A stretch of 32,000 bases of DNA from an uncultured Clostridia bacterium (GCA_947630675.1 CANRIN010000013.1:4364-36363), one strand, 5' to 3'. Shown: positions 17,788 through 25,962, counted from the stretch's first letter. The notes: a model not told the origin generated them from the sequence alone. Numbers and translations: made by a program.

Positions 17788-18180
17788 ATGGATAACAACC
17801 AGAATAATCAGAATAACCAGTACCAGCCCCAGAACAACCAGTACCAGCCCCAGCAGCCCCAGTATCAGCCTCAGCCGCCGGTACCGGGCAAGAGCGCCGC
17901 TACCTGCGCACTCGCCTGCGGCATTATCTCGGTAGTTCTCTGCTGGCTCGGCTATGTCACTTGGGCGGTAGGTTCCGTTATCGCTCTGGTACTCGGCATC
18001 GTCGCATGCGTACAGGGCGCCAAGGCGAAGAAGCTCATGCCCCAGGGTCAGTCCGGCATGGCCACCGCCGGCCTCGTTCTCGGCATCATCGGCGTCGTTT
18101 TCTCGGCGATCTTCTCCGTCTGCTCGATCATCGCCTACGCCTATGTCTGCTCTGAAGGTTCCGCTTTAGGCCTTTGGTAA
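17788..18180 (+). CDS. Small membrane protein, DUF4190-like, with a Q/N/P-rich N-terminus
   Basis: The ATG at 17788 follows GGGAGGA. The N-terminus is NNQNNQNNQYQPQNNQYQPQQPQYQPQPP, followed by hydrophobic segments separated by a KAKK loop. This layout is typical of DUF4190 proteins. Confidence 0.75.
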   Translation: MDNNQNNQNNQYQPQNNQYQPQQPQYQPQPPVPGKSAATCALACGIISVVLCWLGYVTWAVGSVIALVLGIVACVQGAKAKKLMPQGQSGMATAGLVLGIIGVVFSAIFSVCSIIAYAYVCSEGSALGLW

Positions 18181-18208
18181 GCCTCAGCAACAACATAACG
18201 TCGACAGG

Positions 18209-18235
18209 GAGCCGCCGTGCGCGGCTCTTTGTTGT
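18209..18235 (+). terminator. Intrinsic terminator after the DUF4190-like gene
   Basis: gagccgc-cgtgc-gcggctc followed by tttgttgt. Confidence 0.55.
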
Positions 18236-18248
18236 ATAAGGAGACAGC

Positions 18249-19040
18249 ATGCATCCAATTATTCACATATTCGGCTTTGACCTCCCCGCCTACGGCGCGG
18301 CGGTGCTCATTGGCGCCGTCGTCGCCGCGCTGTTTGCGGTATTTCACAACCGCGGCAGCCGGTATATCGCCCAACGTGACCTCGGACTCGCCGCGGTCTA
18401 CGCCCTCGCGGGGATGCTCATAGGCGCGAAGGTGCTCGCCCTCATCACGGAGATACCGTTCTTCATATCGAACGCATCGGTCATTTTCTCGTCGGTGGAC
18501 AGTGCGGTCGGCGCGTTTATGAACGGCTGGGTATTCTACGGCGGGCTCATCGGCGGGATAATCGGCACATATATGTACTGCCGCAGCTTTAAGGAGGACT
18601 TCTGCGGCATGGCCGCCGCGGCGGCGCCGTCGATACCGCTCTTCCACGTCTTCGGACGGATAGGCTGCTTCCTCGGCGGCTGCTGCTACGGCGTTCCGTG
18701 GGAGCGCGGCGTGGTGTTCACCGAATCGCTCTCCGCGCCGAACGGCGTTCCGCTCTTCCCCGTTCAGCTCGTGGAGGCGTGCGCCGAGCTGCTGATATTT
18801 GCCGTGCTGCTCATAATACAGCACAGAGCGCGGGAAAAGTGGATAGTTCTCCCCGCCTACCTGCTGATGTACGCGCCCGCGCGCTTTATCATCGAGTTCT
18901 GGCGCGGGGACGCGATACGCGGCGTGTTCCTTCTCTCCACGAGCCAGTGGGTAAGCATAGCGCTCGTTATAGTGACCTCGGTACTGCTTTTCCGGTATTT
19001 CAGGCAGAAAACGGCGGCGAACACCGCCGCTGTGCAATAA
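18249..19040 (+). CDS. lgt: Prolipoprotein diacylglyceryl transferase
   Basis: Carries GRIGCFLGGCCYG, PVQLVEA and FIIEFWRGD motifs in a polytopic membrane protein. SD AAGGAGA precedes the ATG at 18249. Confidence 0.92.
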   Translation: MHPIIHIFGFDLPAYGAAVLIGAVVAALFAVFHNRGSRYIAQRDLGLAAVYALAGMLIGAKVLALITEIPFFISNASVIFSSVDSAVGAFMNGWVFYGGLIGGIIGTYMYCRSFKEDFCGMAAAAAPSIPLFHVFGRIGCFLGGCCYGVPWERGVVFTESLSAPNGVPLFPVQLVEACAELLIFAVLLIIQHRAREKWIVLPAYLLMYAPARFIIEFWRGDAIRGVFLLSTSQWVSIALVIVTSVLLFRYFRQKTAANTAAVQ

Positions 19041-19064
19041 CTTTCAGGTAAAGGAGCTGTTTTT

Positions 19065-20495
19065 ATGGAATATGTCACCGCCGGGCGCGAGCCCGCAAAG
19101 GCTCTCCGATTCTTTGAGGAGATCTGCCGCATCCCGCATCCCTCCGGGAGCGAGGAGAAGATAGCCGACTACCTCGAGGCTTTCGCGAAGGAGCGCGGCC
19201 TCGAGTGCCTGCGGGACGCGTCAAACAACGTCGTCATCAAGCGCCCGGGCAAGGGCGCGCCGGTGATACTTCAGGGCCACACCGACATGGTGAGCGCCGT
19301 CGCGCCGGAGAAGGGCGTTTCGGACGCAAAGGCGTACCTTGCGGAGCACGGCGTGACGCCGATACTCGACGGGGATTGGCTGCACGCGGACGGCACGACT
19401 CTCGGCGCGGACGACGGCGTCGCCGTCGCGCTGATGCTCGCGCTGCTCGACAGCCCCGAGATAGAGACGCCCGCGCTCGAGTGCGTCTTCACCGTCTCCG
19501 AGGAGGTCGGTCTTGACGGCGCGAAGGCGCTCGACTCCTCGTGGCTTCAGGGCCGCAGGATGATAAACCTCGACAGCGAGTCGATGGGCTCGCTCACCGT
19601 GAGCTGCGCCGGCGGTTGCCGGATGAAGCTCGAGCGCGAGTTCCGCCCCGCGCCCTACGAGCCGAAGTACGCCCTCCGCGTGGACATCTCCAACCTCAAA
19701 GGCGGCCACTCCGGCGGCGCGATAGACAAGCCGCACACGAACGCGATATGGCTCGCGGGGCGGATAGCGGGACTTCTCCGGATAGGCGGCAGTCTCGCGT
19801 GGATACGCGGCGGCGAGGCGGACAACGCCATCCCGCGCAGCGCCTCCGCGCTCGTCTGCTACCCGAACGAGGCGCTCATGCTCGCCGCTGAGAAGCGCTT
19901 CATGGACCTGCTCCCCCTCGAAGTCGAGGGCGAGCCGACGGCGGAGGTCAGCGTCACCCGCGCCGAACCCGAGCCGTCCTACGCGGACACCGAGGACCTC
20001 TTCGAGCTCATCGCGAACGTCTCGCGCGGAGTGCAGTCTAAGAACGAGCAGCAGGGCTTCGTCGTAACGAGCCTCAACTGCGGCGTAATAAAGAGCGAGG
20101 GTGGCAAGGTGACGCTCACCTTCGCGCTCCGCTCGTCGATAGCGGCCGAGCTCGAGGCGCTGAAGGAGAAGGTCGCGTCCTGCGCCGAAAGCTACGGATT
20201 CTCCGCCGAGCCCGGCGCGCAGTATCCCGGCTGGGCATACGCCGAGGTCTCGCCGCTCCGCGACACGGTCTGCGAGGTCTGGCATGAGATGACCGGCGGC
20301 ACGATGACCGTCTTCAGCATCCACGGCGGCCTCGAGTGCGGTATCTTCTGCGACCGGCTGCCGGGGCTCGACGTCGTCGCGCTCGGCCCGACGACGCGCG
20401 GCGCGCACACCCCGGAGGAGCGCCTGTACCTCCCGAGCTACGCGCAGACGTGGGAGCTCATAGTGAAGGTGCTCGGCAAGCTCATCGAGAAGTAA
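19065..20495 (+). CDS. pepD: Aminoacyl-histidine dipeptidase (M20 family, PepD-like)
   Basis: 476 aa. It has FEEICRIPHPSGSEEKIADYL, the LQGHTDMV metal site, GADDGVAVA and SEEVGLDGA. SD AAAGGAG precedes the ATG at 19065. Confidence 0.88.
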   Translation: MEYVTAGREPAKALRFFEEICRIPHPSGSEEKIADYLEAFAKERGLECLRDASNNVVIKRPGKGAPVILQGHTDMVSAVAPEKGVSDAKAYLAEHGVTPILDGDWLHADGTTLGADDGVAVALMLALLDSPEIETPALECVFTVSEEVGLDGAKALDSSWLQGRRMINLDSESMGSLTVSCAGGCRMKLEREFRPAPYEPKYALRVDISNLKGGHSGGAIDKPHTNAIWLAGRIAGLLRIGGSLAWIRGGEADNAIPRSASALVCYPNEALMLAAEKRFMDLLPLEVEGEPTAEVSVTRAEPEPSYADTEDLFELIANVSRGVQSKNEQQGFVVTSLNCGVIKSEGGKVTLTFALRSSIAAELEALKEKVASCAESYGFSAEPGAQYPGWAYAEVSPLRDTVCEVWHEMTGGTMTVFSIHGGLECGIFCDRLPGLDVVALGPTTRGAHTPEERLYLPSYAQTWELIVKVLGKLIEK

Positions 20496-20520
20496 GACCG
20501 TCCGAAAAAATTATACGACG

Positions 20521-20554
20521 AAAAAGATGTCCTCGTCTTCGAGGACATCTTTTT
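20521..20554. terminator. Bidirectional intrinsic terminator between convergent pepD and marR
   Basis: aaaaagatgtcctcg-tctt-cgaggacatcttttt. Confidence 0.85.
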
Positions 20555-20589
20555 GTCTGCGTGTATATCGCCGCGCAGCGGGAACGGCG

Positions 20590-21039
20590 CTAACCCTGCT
20601 TTCCCTCGAGCGCGTCGGCCACGTTCTTCTCCATCCGCTCTATCAGTCCGTGCGCGGCACGGAGCTCCTCATTGCTGAACCCCACGGTGAGCAGGCGGTT
20701 CCAGTCCGCGAGGTGCGTGAATATCTCCTTCATGCCCTCCTCGCCCTTCTCGGTGAGGAAGATGCGGTTCTGACGGCGGTCGGCGCTGTCCGGCTCGCGG
20801 CGGATGTACCCCTCGTCCTCGAGCTTCTTTACAGCCCGTGCGACGTTTCCCTTGTCCGCGCAGAAGTACCCGACAAGAAAGTCCTGGCTTGCCCCGGGGT
20901 TGCGGTTTATCGCGAGCATATAGTTATACAGCGCCCCCCCGAGCCCCTTCGACGCGAGCCGCGCCGTCATGAAGCGCTTTTTCCGCCGCTGTATCCTGTT
21001 TATCATTCTGCCGAATTCGTGCGAGAACTCACTTTCCAT
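20590..21039 (-). CDS. MarR-family transcriptional regulator
   Basis: Winged-HTH pattern ...QDFLVGYFCADKGNVARAVKKLEDEGYIRREPDSADRRQNRIFLTEKG. The ATG at 21039 follows GGAAAGGAAAG and overlaps the end of the upstream MATE gene by 11 nt. Confidence 0.9.
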   Translation of the reverse strand: MESEFSHEFGRMINRIQRRKKRFMTARLASKGLGGALYNYMLAINRNPGASQDFLVGYFCADKGNVARAVKKLEDEGYIRREPDSADRRQNRIFLTEKGEEGMKEIFTHLADWNRLLTVGFSNEELRAAHGLIERMEKNVADALEGKQG

Positions 21040-22498
21040 TTTTCTTTCCTTTCCGTTCAATGAAGAAGAGCGAGCTGTTCACCGGCTGGCTTGCCTCCGT
21101 CGCTCTCTGTTTCAGCTCCCGGCCGACGCGCACCGCGAGCGGCAGCGTCAGCGCGAACGAGAGTATGTCCGCCACGGCCTGAGCACTCGCGAGACCGTAC
21201 ACGCCGAATATAAGCGGCAGCAGCGCCACCACCGGGATGAAGAATATCCCCTGCCGCGAAAGGCTTAGGACCGCCGCTCCCGCGGCCTTGCCGAGCGCGG
21301 CGTAGGTCATGTTCGTGACGATGCACCACGCGTGTATCGGCAGAGCGACGCACTGGAGGACAAGCGAGAACACGCCGACGCGTATCGTCTCCTCGTTCGT
21401 GCTGAACACGCCGATGATGGGCCGCGCGAAAATGCCCACTGCCAACGCGAGCACGCTTATCGCGACGGTGCCGGTCCACTGCATGAAATGCATCGCGTCG
21501 AGCACGCGGTCGTAGCGCTTCGCACCCCAGTTGAAGCCCGCCACCGGCTGGTAGCCCTGTCCGTAGCCGAGTATCGCGGAGGTTATGAACATCATTATGC
21601 GGTTGACTACCGAGATGGCCGCAAGCGCCGCTACAGAGAAGCCGGACGCCATGTTGTTTGTGATGATGGTCGCTATCGTCGTGAGTCCGTTGCGGAAGAG
21701 ACCGGGGCTGCCCATCTTCGTGACCTCGCCCACGATTTCGCGCGAAAAATGTACCTTGCGGATGCTTATCCGCAGGAGCGACTTGCCGCGCAGGTATGTC
21801 GACAGCAGTATCGAGAAGCTCACGAGCTGGGATATCGCCGTCGCTATCGCGGCGCCCCGGACGCCGAGCCCGCAGACGTGTATCAGCAGCGGGTCGAGCG
21901 CGATATTGAGCACCGCGCCGCTCACGAGCCCCACCATCGAGAAGAATGCGTTGCCCTCCGCCCTCAGACATTGGTTCATCACGAACTGCGAGGCATAGAT
22001 GGGCGCGGCGAAGAGCATGAAGCTCGCGTAGTCCTTTGCATATCCCTCGAGCGCGGCATAGAGCGCGTACTGCTCCGGATCGACGCCGAGGAACGGCGCG
22101 GGGTCCTTCGCTCCGAGCAGCCGCACAAGCGGGTCCATGAATATCAGCCCCGCCGCCGTCAGCAGCAGTCCGACTCCGAACGCGGTGAAAAACGACGTGG
22201 AGAGGGTTTGCTGCGCCTGCTCGTCCCGGTTCGCGCCGAGAAGGCGCGCTATGTAGCTGTTCGCACCGACCGCTATGGCCATGCCTATCATGCTTATCAT
22301 GCTCGTAAGCGACATATTCACGCCGACCGCGCCGGTCGCCGCGTCGCCGAGCTTGGACACAAAGAAGGTGTCCGCCATATTGTAGAAGCTTGTCACGAGC
22401 ATCGAAACTATCGTCGGGATCGCCATGCGCGGCACGAGCGAAGGTATCGGCATCGTGAGCATCATGGTTCTGCGGCGTTCCTGCTTGGAGTCACTCAT
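21029..22498 (-). CDS. MATE-family efflux transporter
   Basis: 489 aa with 12 TM-like segments. The N-terminus P..L.P.MAIPTIVSMLVTSFYNMADTFFVSKLG is typical of MATE proteins. Confidence 0.9.
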   Translation of the reverse strand: MSDSKQERRRTMMLTMPIPSLVPRMAIPTIVSMLVTSFYNMADTFFVSKLGDAATGAVGVNMSLTSMISMIGMAIAVGANSYIARLLGANRDEQAQQTLSTSFFTAFGVGLLLTAAGLIFMDPLVRLLGAKDPAPFLGVDPEQYALYAALEGYAKDYASFMLFAAPIYASQFVMNQCLRAEGNAFFSMVGLVSGAVLNIALDPLLIHVCGLGVRGAAIATAISQLVSFSILLSTYLRGKSLLRISIRKVHFSREIVGEVTKMGSPGLFRNGLTTIATIITNNMASGFSVAALAAISVVNRIMMFITSAILGYGQGYQPVAGFNWGAKRYDRVLDAMHFMQWTGTVAISVLALAVGIFARPIIGVFSTNEETIRVGVFSLVLQCVALPIHAWCIVTNMTYAALGKAAGAAVLSLSRQGIFFIPVVALLPLIFGVYGLASAQAVADILSFALTLPLAVRVGRELKQRATEASQPVNSSLFFIERKGKKNGK

Positions 22499-22500
22499 CG

Positions 22501-22560
22501 GGTATCACACTTTCCCATACATTTTTAAATATGATACCACATTTTTTCCGCTACTGTCAA
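22501..22560 (-). promoter_or_regulatory. MATE-marR promoter (TTGACA-18-TATCAT with TGn) with a flanking inverted repeat GGTATCA..N24..TGATACC as candidate MarR operator
   Basis: Minus strand reads ttgaca gtagcggaaaaaatgtgg tatcat. The 7-nt inverted arms are at 22501-22507 and 22532-22538, and one arm overlaps the -10. Confidence 0.45.
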
Positions 22561-22569
22561 TCGTCGCCG

Positions 22570-22833
22570 CTACATAAACATTGCGGAGGCGCAGAGTATG
22601 AGCCCGAATCCCGGCACGCCGAGCGCCCCGCAGGCGGCGGCGGTGAACGGGTTCACCGCGACACTCACGCCGGTGTACGGCGCGGCGAGGTCAAATGCGA
22701 GCAGCGCCGCCGCCCATCCCGCCGACCGGAGTATGAACCTTGCCGCAAGTCCCGGCAGCCGCTCCGGCTTCAGCCGGCTCCTTATCCTGTTCCCGGCGCG
22801 GGCTCCCGCGCGGGATTTGTGTACGTTATCCAT
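22570..22833 (-). CDS. bofA: BofA-family protein (pro-sigma-K processing inhibitor)
   Basis: 87 aa with two TM segments. The C-terminal VNPFTAAACGALGVPGFGLIL matches B. subtilis BofA INLVTTAISGILGIPGIAALVV. SD AGGAGGTG precedes the ATG. It lies directly downstream of a yaaL-like gene, as in Bacillus. Confidence 0.8.
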   Translation of the reverse strand: MDNVHKSRAGARAGNRIRSRLKPERLPGLAARFILRSAGWAAALLAFDLAAPYTGVSVAVNPFTAAACGALGVPGFGLILCASAMFM

Positions 22834-22843
22834 TCGGCACCTC

Positions 22844-23092
22844 CTATCTCAGCGGCTTGAAGGCCGGCCGGTTGTCGTATCCTTCCTCGCGCACGCGGCG
22901 CAGCAGATAGCTGTACCGCGCTTCGAGCGACTTTATTTCAAATGCCGTCGCGTCCACAAGCTCCGGCTCACAGACGTACTCGAAGCAGTTTCTCGCAGTC
23001 TCGAGGCGCTGCTTGGTGTCGGCGAGCGCGTCGAGCAGCTCCCGGCGCTCGTCCTCCTCCGGGGCAGGCATCCGCAGTCTGAATATACCCAT
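22844..23092 (-). CDS. yaaL: YaaL-like small protein (DUF2508)
   Basis: 82 aa and helical. The pattern FEYVCEPELVDATAFEIKSLEARYSYLLRRVRE fits DUF2508. SD AAGGAGG precedes the ATG. Synteny with bofA supports the call. Confidence 0.65.
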   Translation of the reverse strand: MGIFRLRMPAPEEDERRELLDALADTKQRLETARNCFEYVCEPELVDATAFEIKSLEARYSYLLRRVREEGYDNRPAFKPLR

Positions 23093-23119
23093 GGGTTCGA
23101 CCTCCTTTGTCTTCTCGGT

Positions 23120-23147
23120 ATAATATATATGTCCGGCGGGACGGCAA
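23120..23147 (-). promoter_or_regulatory. Possible yaaL-bofA promoter (TTGCCG-16-TATTAT)
   Basis: Minus strand reads ttgccg tcccgccggacatata tattat. The match is weak and sigma-factor dependence is unknown. Confidence 0.25.
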
Positions 23148-23189
23148 TATAATTTTTTCCTTTAAAGGCAAAGTTTAACCCTGATATTT

Positions 23190-23470
23190 GCAGTGAGAGC
23201 GGCCATACTATGCTCGGACGGTGAAGCAACGGCAATCAGACCGGTGGAGACTTATTCTCCGAATGGTCACCTGAGTCACCGTCAAGGGTGTCCCGCCCGC
23301 GCGAGGCGGACGAGGGCGCGGTAAAGACGGTGAAAATGCTCTGGTGGCATAGAGTAACCGCCAAGTGCGCGGCCGGGCTCTGGAGGCGCGGCGCGCGCCG
23401 GTCGGCAAGGCCGGGGGCAAGGAGTCCCTATATACGGACCGTCCCCCGACAGCGCCGAGGCAGCAAAAGG
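23190..23470. other. Unassigned GC-rich, hairpin-dense non-coding region (possible structured RNA, family not identified)
   Basis: No credible ORF. Several strong local helices are present, for example gacggtga..tcaccgtc (23217/23276), ggaga-cttat-tctcc, gtcccgcc..ggcggac and cggggg..gtcc-ctatatac-ggac..cccccg. I found no second copy in the window. Confidence 0.3.
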
Positions 23471-23479
23471 GCGAGCGGA

Positions 23480-23900
23480 ATTATCCGCTCGCCCGATCTG
23501 CGCAAAAGTCCTGACGGACTTTTGCGCATCGCGGCAAATCGCGCTCGCATGGTGTGTATAATGTCGGGCTTTCGGCGCTTCGTGCCGAATGCTGATGCGC
23601 CCGGTAAACGGTTGGGCGCAGTAAAAGCCGGTGGGCGCATTCTTACCAATTTGCCGCGAGAAATTCACTTGGAATTGCGCGGGCGCAATTCCAAGTGAAG
23701 CCGTCGGACAGAGCAAGGCTCTGCCGGCGGCAAGCGCTGCGCTACGCGCCGAGTTTTCCGCCTGCGGCGGAAAATCGACGCACGCTCCGCGAGAAGAGTT
23801 TTTTCCGACGTACACGCCGCCGGAAAAAACGAATCAGACATTATTTTGCCGCCAAAGGCGGCGAAACTCTGCGAGGCTTCAAAGCGCCCGGCGGGAACTG
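23480..23900. repeat. Composite copy of the modular hairpin repeat family
   Basis: Shares ordered modules with 7296-7440 (same orientation) and 29180-29362 (inverted): cttaccaatttgccgcga.., gccgtcggacagagcaaggctctgccggcggcaagcgctgcgct, ..gctccgcgagaag.., ttttttccg..cggaaaaaa, and ..ggcggcgaaactctgcgaggc. Confidence 0.85.
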
Positions 23901-23903
23901 CCC

Positions 23904-24356
23904 TCAAAGCTCCAGCTGCATATACTCGTCCGAGCCCGCGAAGCCCAGTGCCGCGTGCAGCGGGCGGGCGGCGTCCGTGGCGTCCAAGATTATCTCCGTT
24001 GCGCCGCGCCGGCGAGCCTCCTCTATTATTTGCATCAGCATCCTTCGGGCCGTTCCGCGGCGTCTGAAGGACTCGCGCACATACACGTTCATCAGGTGAC
24101 CGCGCAGGCCGGTGGGATGAGAGGGCGTAGGCATGACCCTGACAAAGCAGAGAGTCGCGCATCCGACGGTCACGCCGTCTTCCTCGGCAAGCACTGTGAG
24201 GCCGTCTCCGTGCCCGAAGTAGGCGCGCGTGCGTTCGGCAAACGCGTCGTCCGGCAGGAATCCGTCCTCCCGCGGGCCGAGCTCGGACAGCATCTCCAGC
24301 CTCATCGCGGTGAGCGCGTCGATATCCTTCGGCTCCGCAAAACGTATCTCGGGCAT
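23904..24356 (-). CDS. GNAT-family N-acetyltransferase
   Basis: 150 aa. Motif A is VRESFRRRGTARRMLMQIIEEARRRG. SD GGAGGTGA precedes the ATG at 24356. Confidence 0.88.
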   Translation of the reverse strand: MPEIRFAEPKDIDALTAMRLEMLSELGPREDGFLPDDAFAERTRAYFGHGDGLTVLAEEDGVTVGCATLCFVRVMPTPSHPTGLRGHLMNVYVRESFRRRGTARRMLMQIIEEARRRGATEIILDATDAARPLHAALGFAGSDEYMQLEL

Positions 24357-24381
24357 CTATATCACCTCCGGTCTCAATGTG

Positions 24382-24411
24382 AAAAACCGGCGGCGCAATG
24401 CGCCGCCGGTT
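24382..24411 (-). terminator. Intrinsic terminator after the carboxylesterase gene
   Basis: Minus strand reads aaccggcggcgc-att-gcgccgccggtt followed by tttc. Confidence 0.7.
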
Positions 24412-24420
24412 ACTATCGGT

Positions 24421-25962
24421 TTACTTCCCGAGTGCGTTTTCGACCTGGATGGCGGCAAGGCCGTCTGCGACTCTGTCGCCCGTCATGTCGCGCTGCTCCA
24501 CCGACTTCTCGTTTAGGTACATGGTCTGCGGGTTCGCGGCGGTGAACGCGTCCCAGCGCGGCAGTTCCGCGCCGTTCGGGTCGCCGGTCTTTGCGAAGTT
24601 CGTCCAATAGTCGGTCATGGCGCGGCTGAGGACGTAGTCACCCGGTCCGAAGCCCGGTTCGAGCGAGCGCCAGCAGCGGTCGATCGTCCCGAAGATGTAC
24701 CACAGCTCGCTCGAGTGGAACGCGCCGGGGTCATCCTCGCCCGGCATGTGCCGGTCGAAGTAGTAGATGTGGAGAGGCTTGCGTCCGTTCTTCTCCTCCG
24801 CTATCGCCCACGCGTAGGGCGTAACGCGGCCGCCGACGCGGGCGCGCGCCGCGTTTGCCGCGGGAACGTCAGCGTCGCTCTCCACGCCGAACAGCTCAAG
24901 GACGCGTTCGGCGTCCGCGCCGTAGGTGCGGCGGACGAGCGTCTCATGCTCCGCTTTGGTGGTCACGGGGAAGCCGCCGAAGAGCGCGCCGTCCCCCGAC
25001 ACAGAGCCGGTCATTATATCTACCTTGTGATGCTCTCCCGCGGCTATTGCCGCGCCGGGAGCCTTCTTCAGCAGCACGCCGTCGACACAGGGCGCCATCC
25101 CCATGAACATACCCTTCTCGGCGAGTATCGCCTGCGCGCGGTTGTTGAACTCGTAGGCGTCCATCGCGATGACCTCGTCGATGCTCTTGCCGAGTCCCTC
25201 GCATATTATCTCGCCTGCGTGCTCGAGGTCGGACATCTTTGTCTCACCGCCGAGGGTGTTTATCCCGCCCGCGGACTGGACTATCGCGCGGCGGAACAGT
25301 CCCTCGCTCTCGGGGCTCGTGAGCAGCACCTGGACCATCGCGCCGCCGGCGGACTGTCCGAAGACGGTGACGTTTTCCGGGTCGCCGCCGAAAGCCGAAA
25401 TGTTCTTCTTCACCCACTTCAGACCCTCGATGCAGTCGCTCACGGCCATGTTGCCGCTGACACCTATCGGGCAGCGCCGCGACAGCTCGGGGTGTGCAAA
25501 GAATCCGAGTGCGCCGAGGCGATAGGTAACAGTCACAAGTATGACGCCGCGGCGGCTCATCGCCTCGCCGTCCATCTCCATCTCGTAGCTGTAGCCGGCG
25601 CTGAACGCGCCGCCGTGTATCCAGAACATGACCGGCAGCGGCTCCTCCGGCTCGACGGACGGAGTCCAGATATTCAGGTACAGACAGTCCTCGCTCTGCT
25701 CGACCTCCGCCGGGAAGAACTCCTTGTTGTATAGACCGGCCTCGCGTCCCTTGTCCTGAACCGCCGTGGGCGGGAAGGTGTCGCACTTCTTCACGCCCTC
25801 GAACGGCTCCGCCGGCTGCGCCCAGCGGAAGCGCCACTCGCCCACCGGCGGCTTCGCATAAGGAACGCCCTTAAAGACGGTGTATGCGGGGTTGCCCTGC
25901 GGTATTCCCTCAAACGTCCCCTGTTCGACGGTGACGGTGCGCTTTATCTTCTTCGGCAGCAT
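24421..25962 (-). CDS. Type-B carboxylesterase (PnbA-like, COesterase family)
   Basis: 513 aa. It has the oxyanion-hole WIHGGAFSAG, the nucleophile elbow GQSAGG, and EDCLYLNIWTP. SD GAGGTGA precedes the ATG at 25962. Confidence 0.9.
   Translation of the reverse strand: MLPKKIKRTVTVEQGTFEGIPQGNPAYTVFKGVPYAKPPVGEWRFRWAQPAEPFEGVKKCDTFPPTAVQDKGREAGLYNKEFFPAEVEQSEDCLYLNIWTPSVEPEEPLPVMFWIHGGAFSAGYSYEMEMDGEAMSRRGVILVTVTYRLGALGFFAHPELSRRCPIGVSGNMAVSDCIEGLKWVKKNISAFGGDPENVTVFGQSAGGAMVQVLLTSPESEGLFRRAIVQSAGGINTLGGETKMSDLEHAGEIICEGLGKSIDEVIAMDAYEFNNRAQAILAEKGMFMGMAPCVDGVLLKKAPGAAIAAGEHHKVDIMTGSVSGDGALFGGFPVTTKAEHETLVRRTYGADAERVLELFGVESDADVPAANAARARVGGRVTPYAWAIAEEKNGRKPLHIYYFDRHMPGEDDPGAFHSSELWYIFGTIDRCWRSLEPGFGPGDYVLSRAMTDYWTNFAKTGDPNGAELPRWDAFTAANPQTMYLNEKSVEQRDMTGDRVADGLAAIQVENALGK

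Noticed and set aside
23190-23470. SRP RNA (scRNA), RNase P RNA, tmRNA, or a cobalamin or glycine riboswitch
   Set aside because: I checked both strands. There is no CAGG..GNRA..AGCAGC helix-8 signature, no GAGGAAAGUCC (RNase P CR-I), and no tRNA-like ends or tag ORF. There is no GCCACUG or B12 box, and only loose resemblance to the glycine CUCUGGAG..GGGGCAA motifs, with no downstream gene on that strand. It is left as unassigned.
23282-23815. 177-aa minus-strand ORF, and plus-strand ORFs 23288..23698 and 23631..24545, spanning the non-coding gap
   Set aside because: They run through repeat modules and GC-rich hairpins. They have no SD or recognisable domains, and their Arg/Ala/Pro-rich composition is typical of random high-GC frames.
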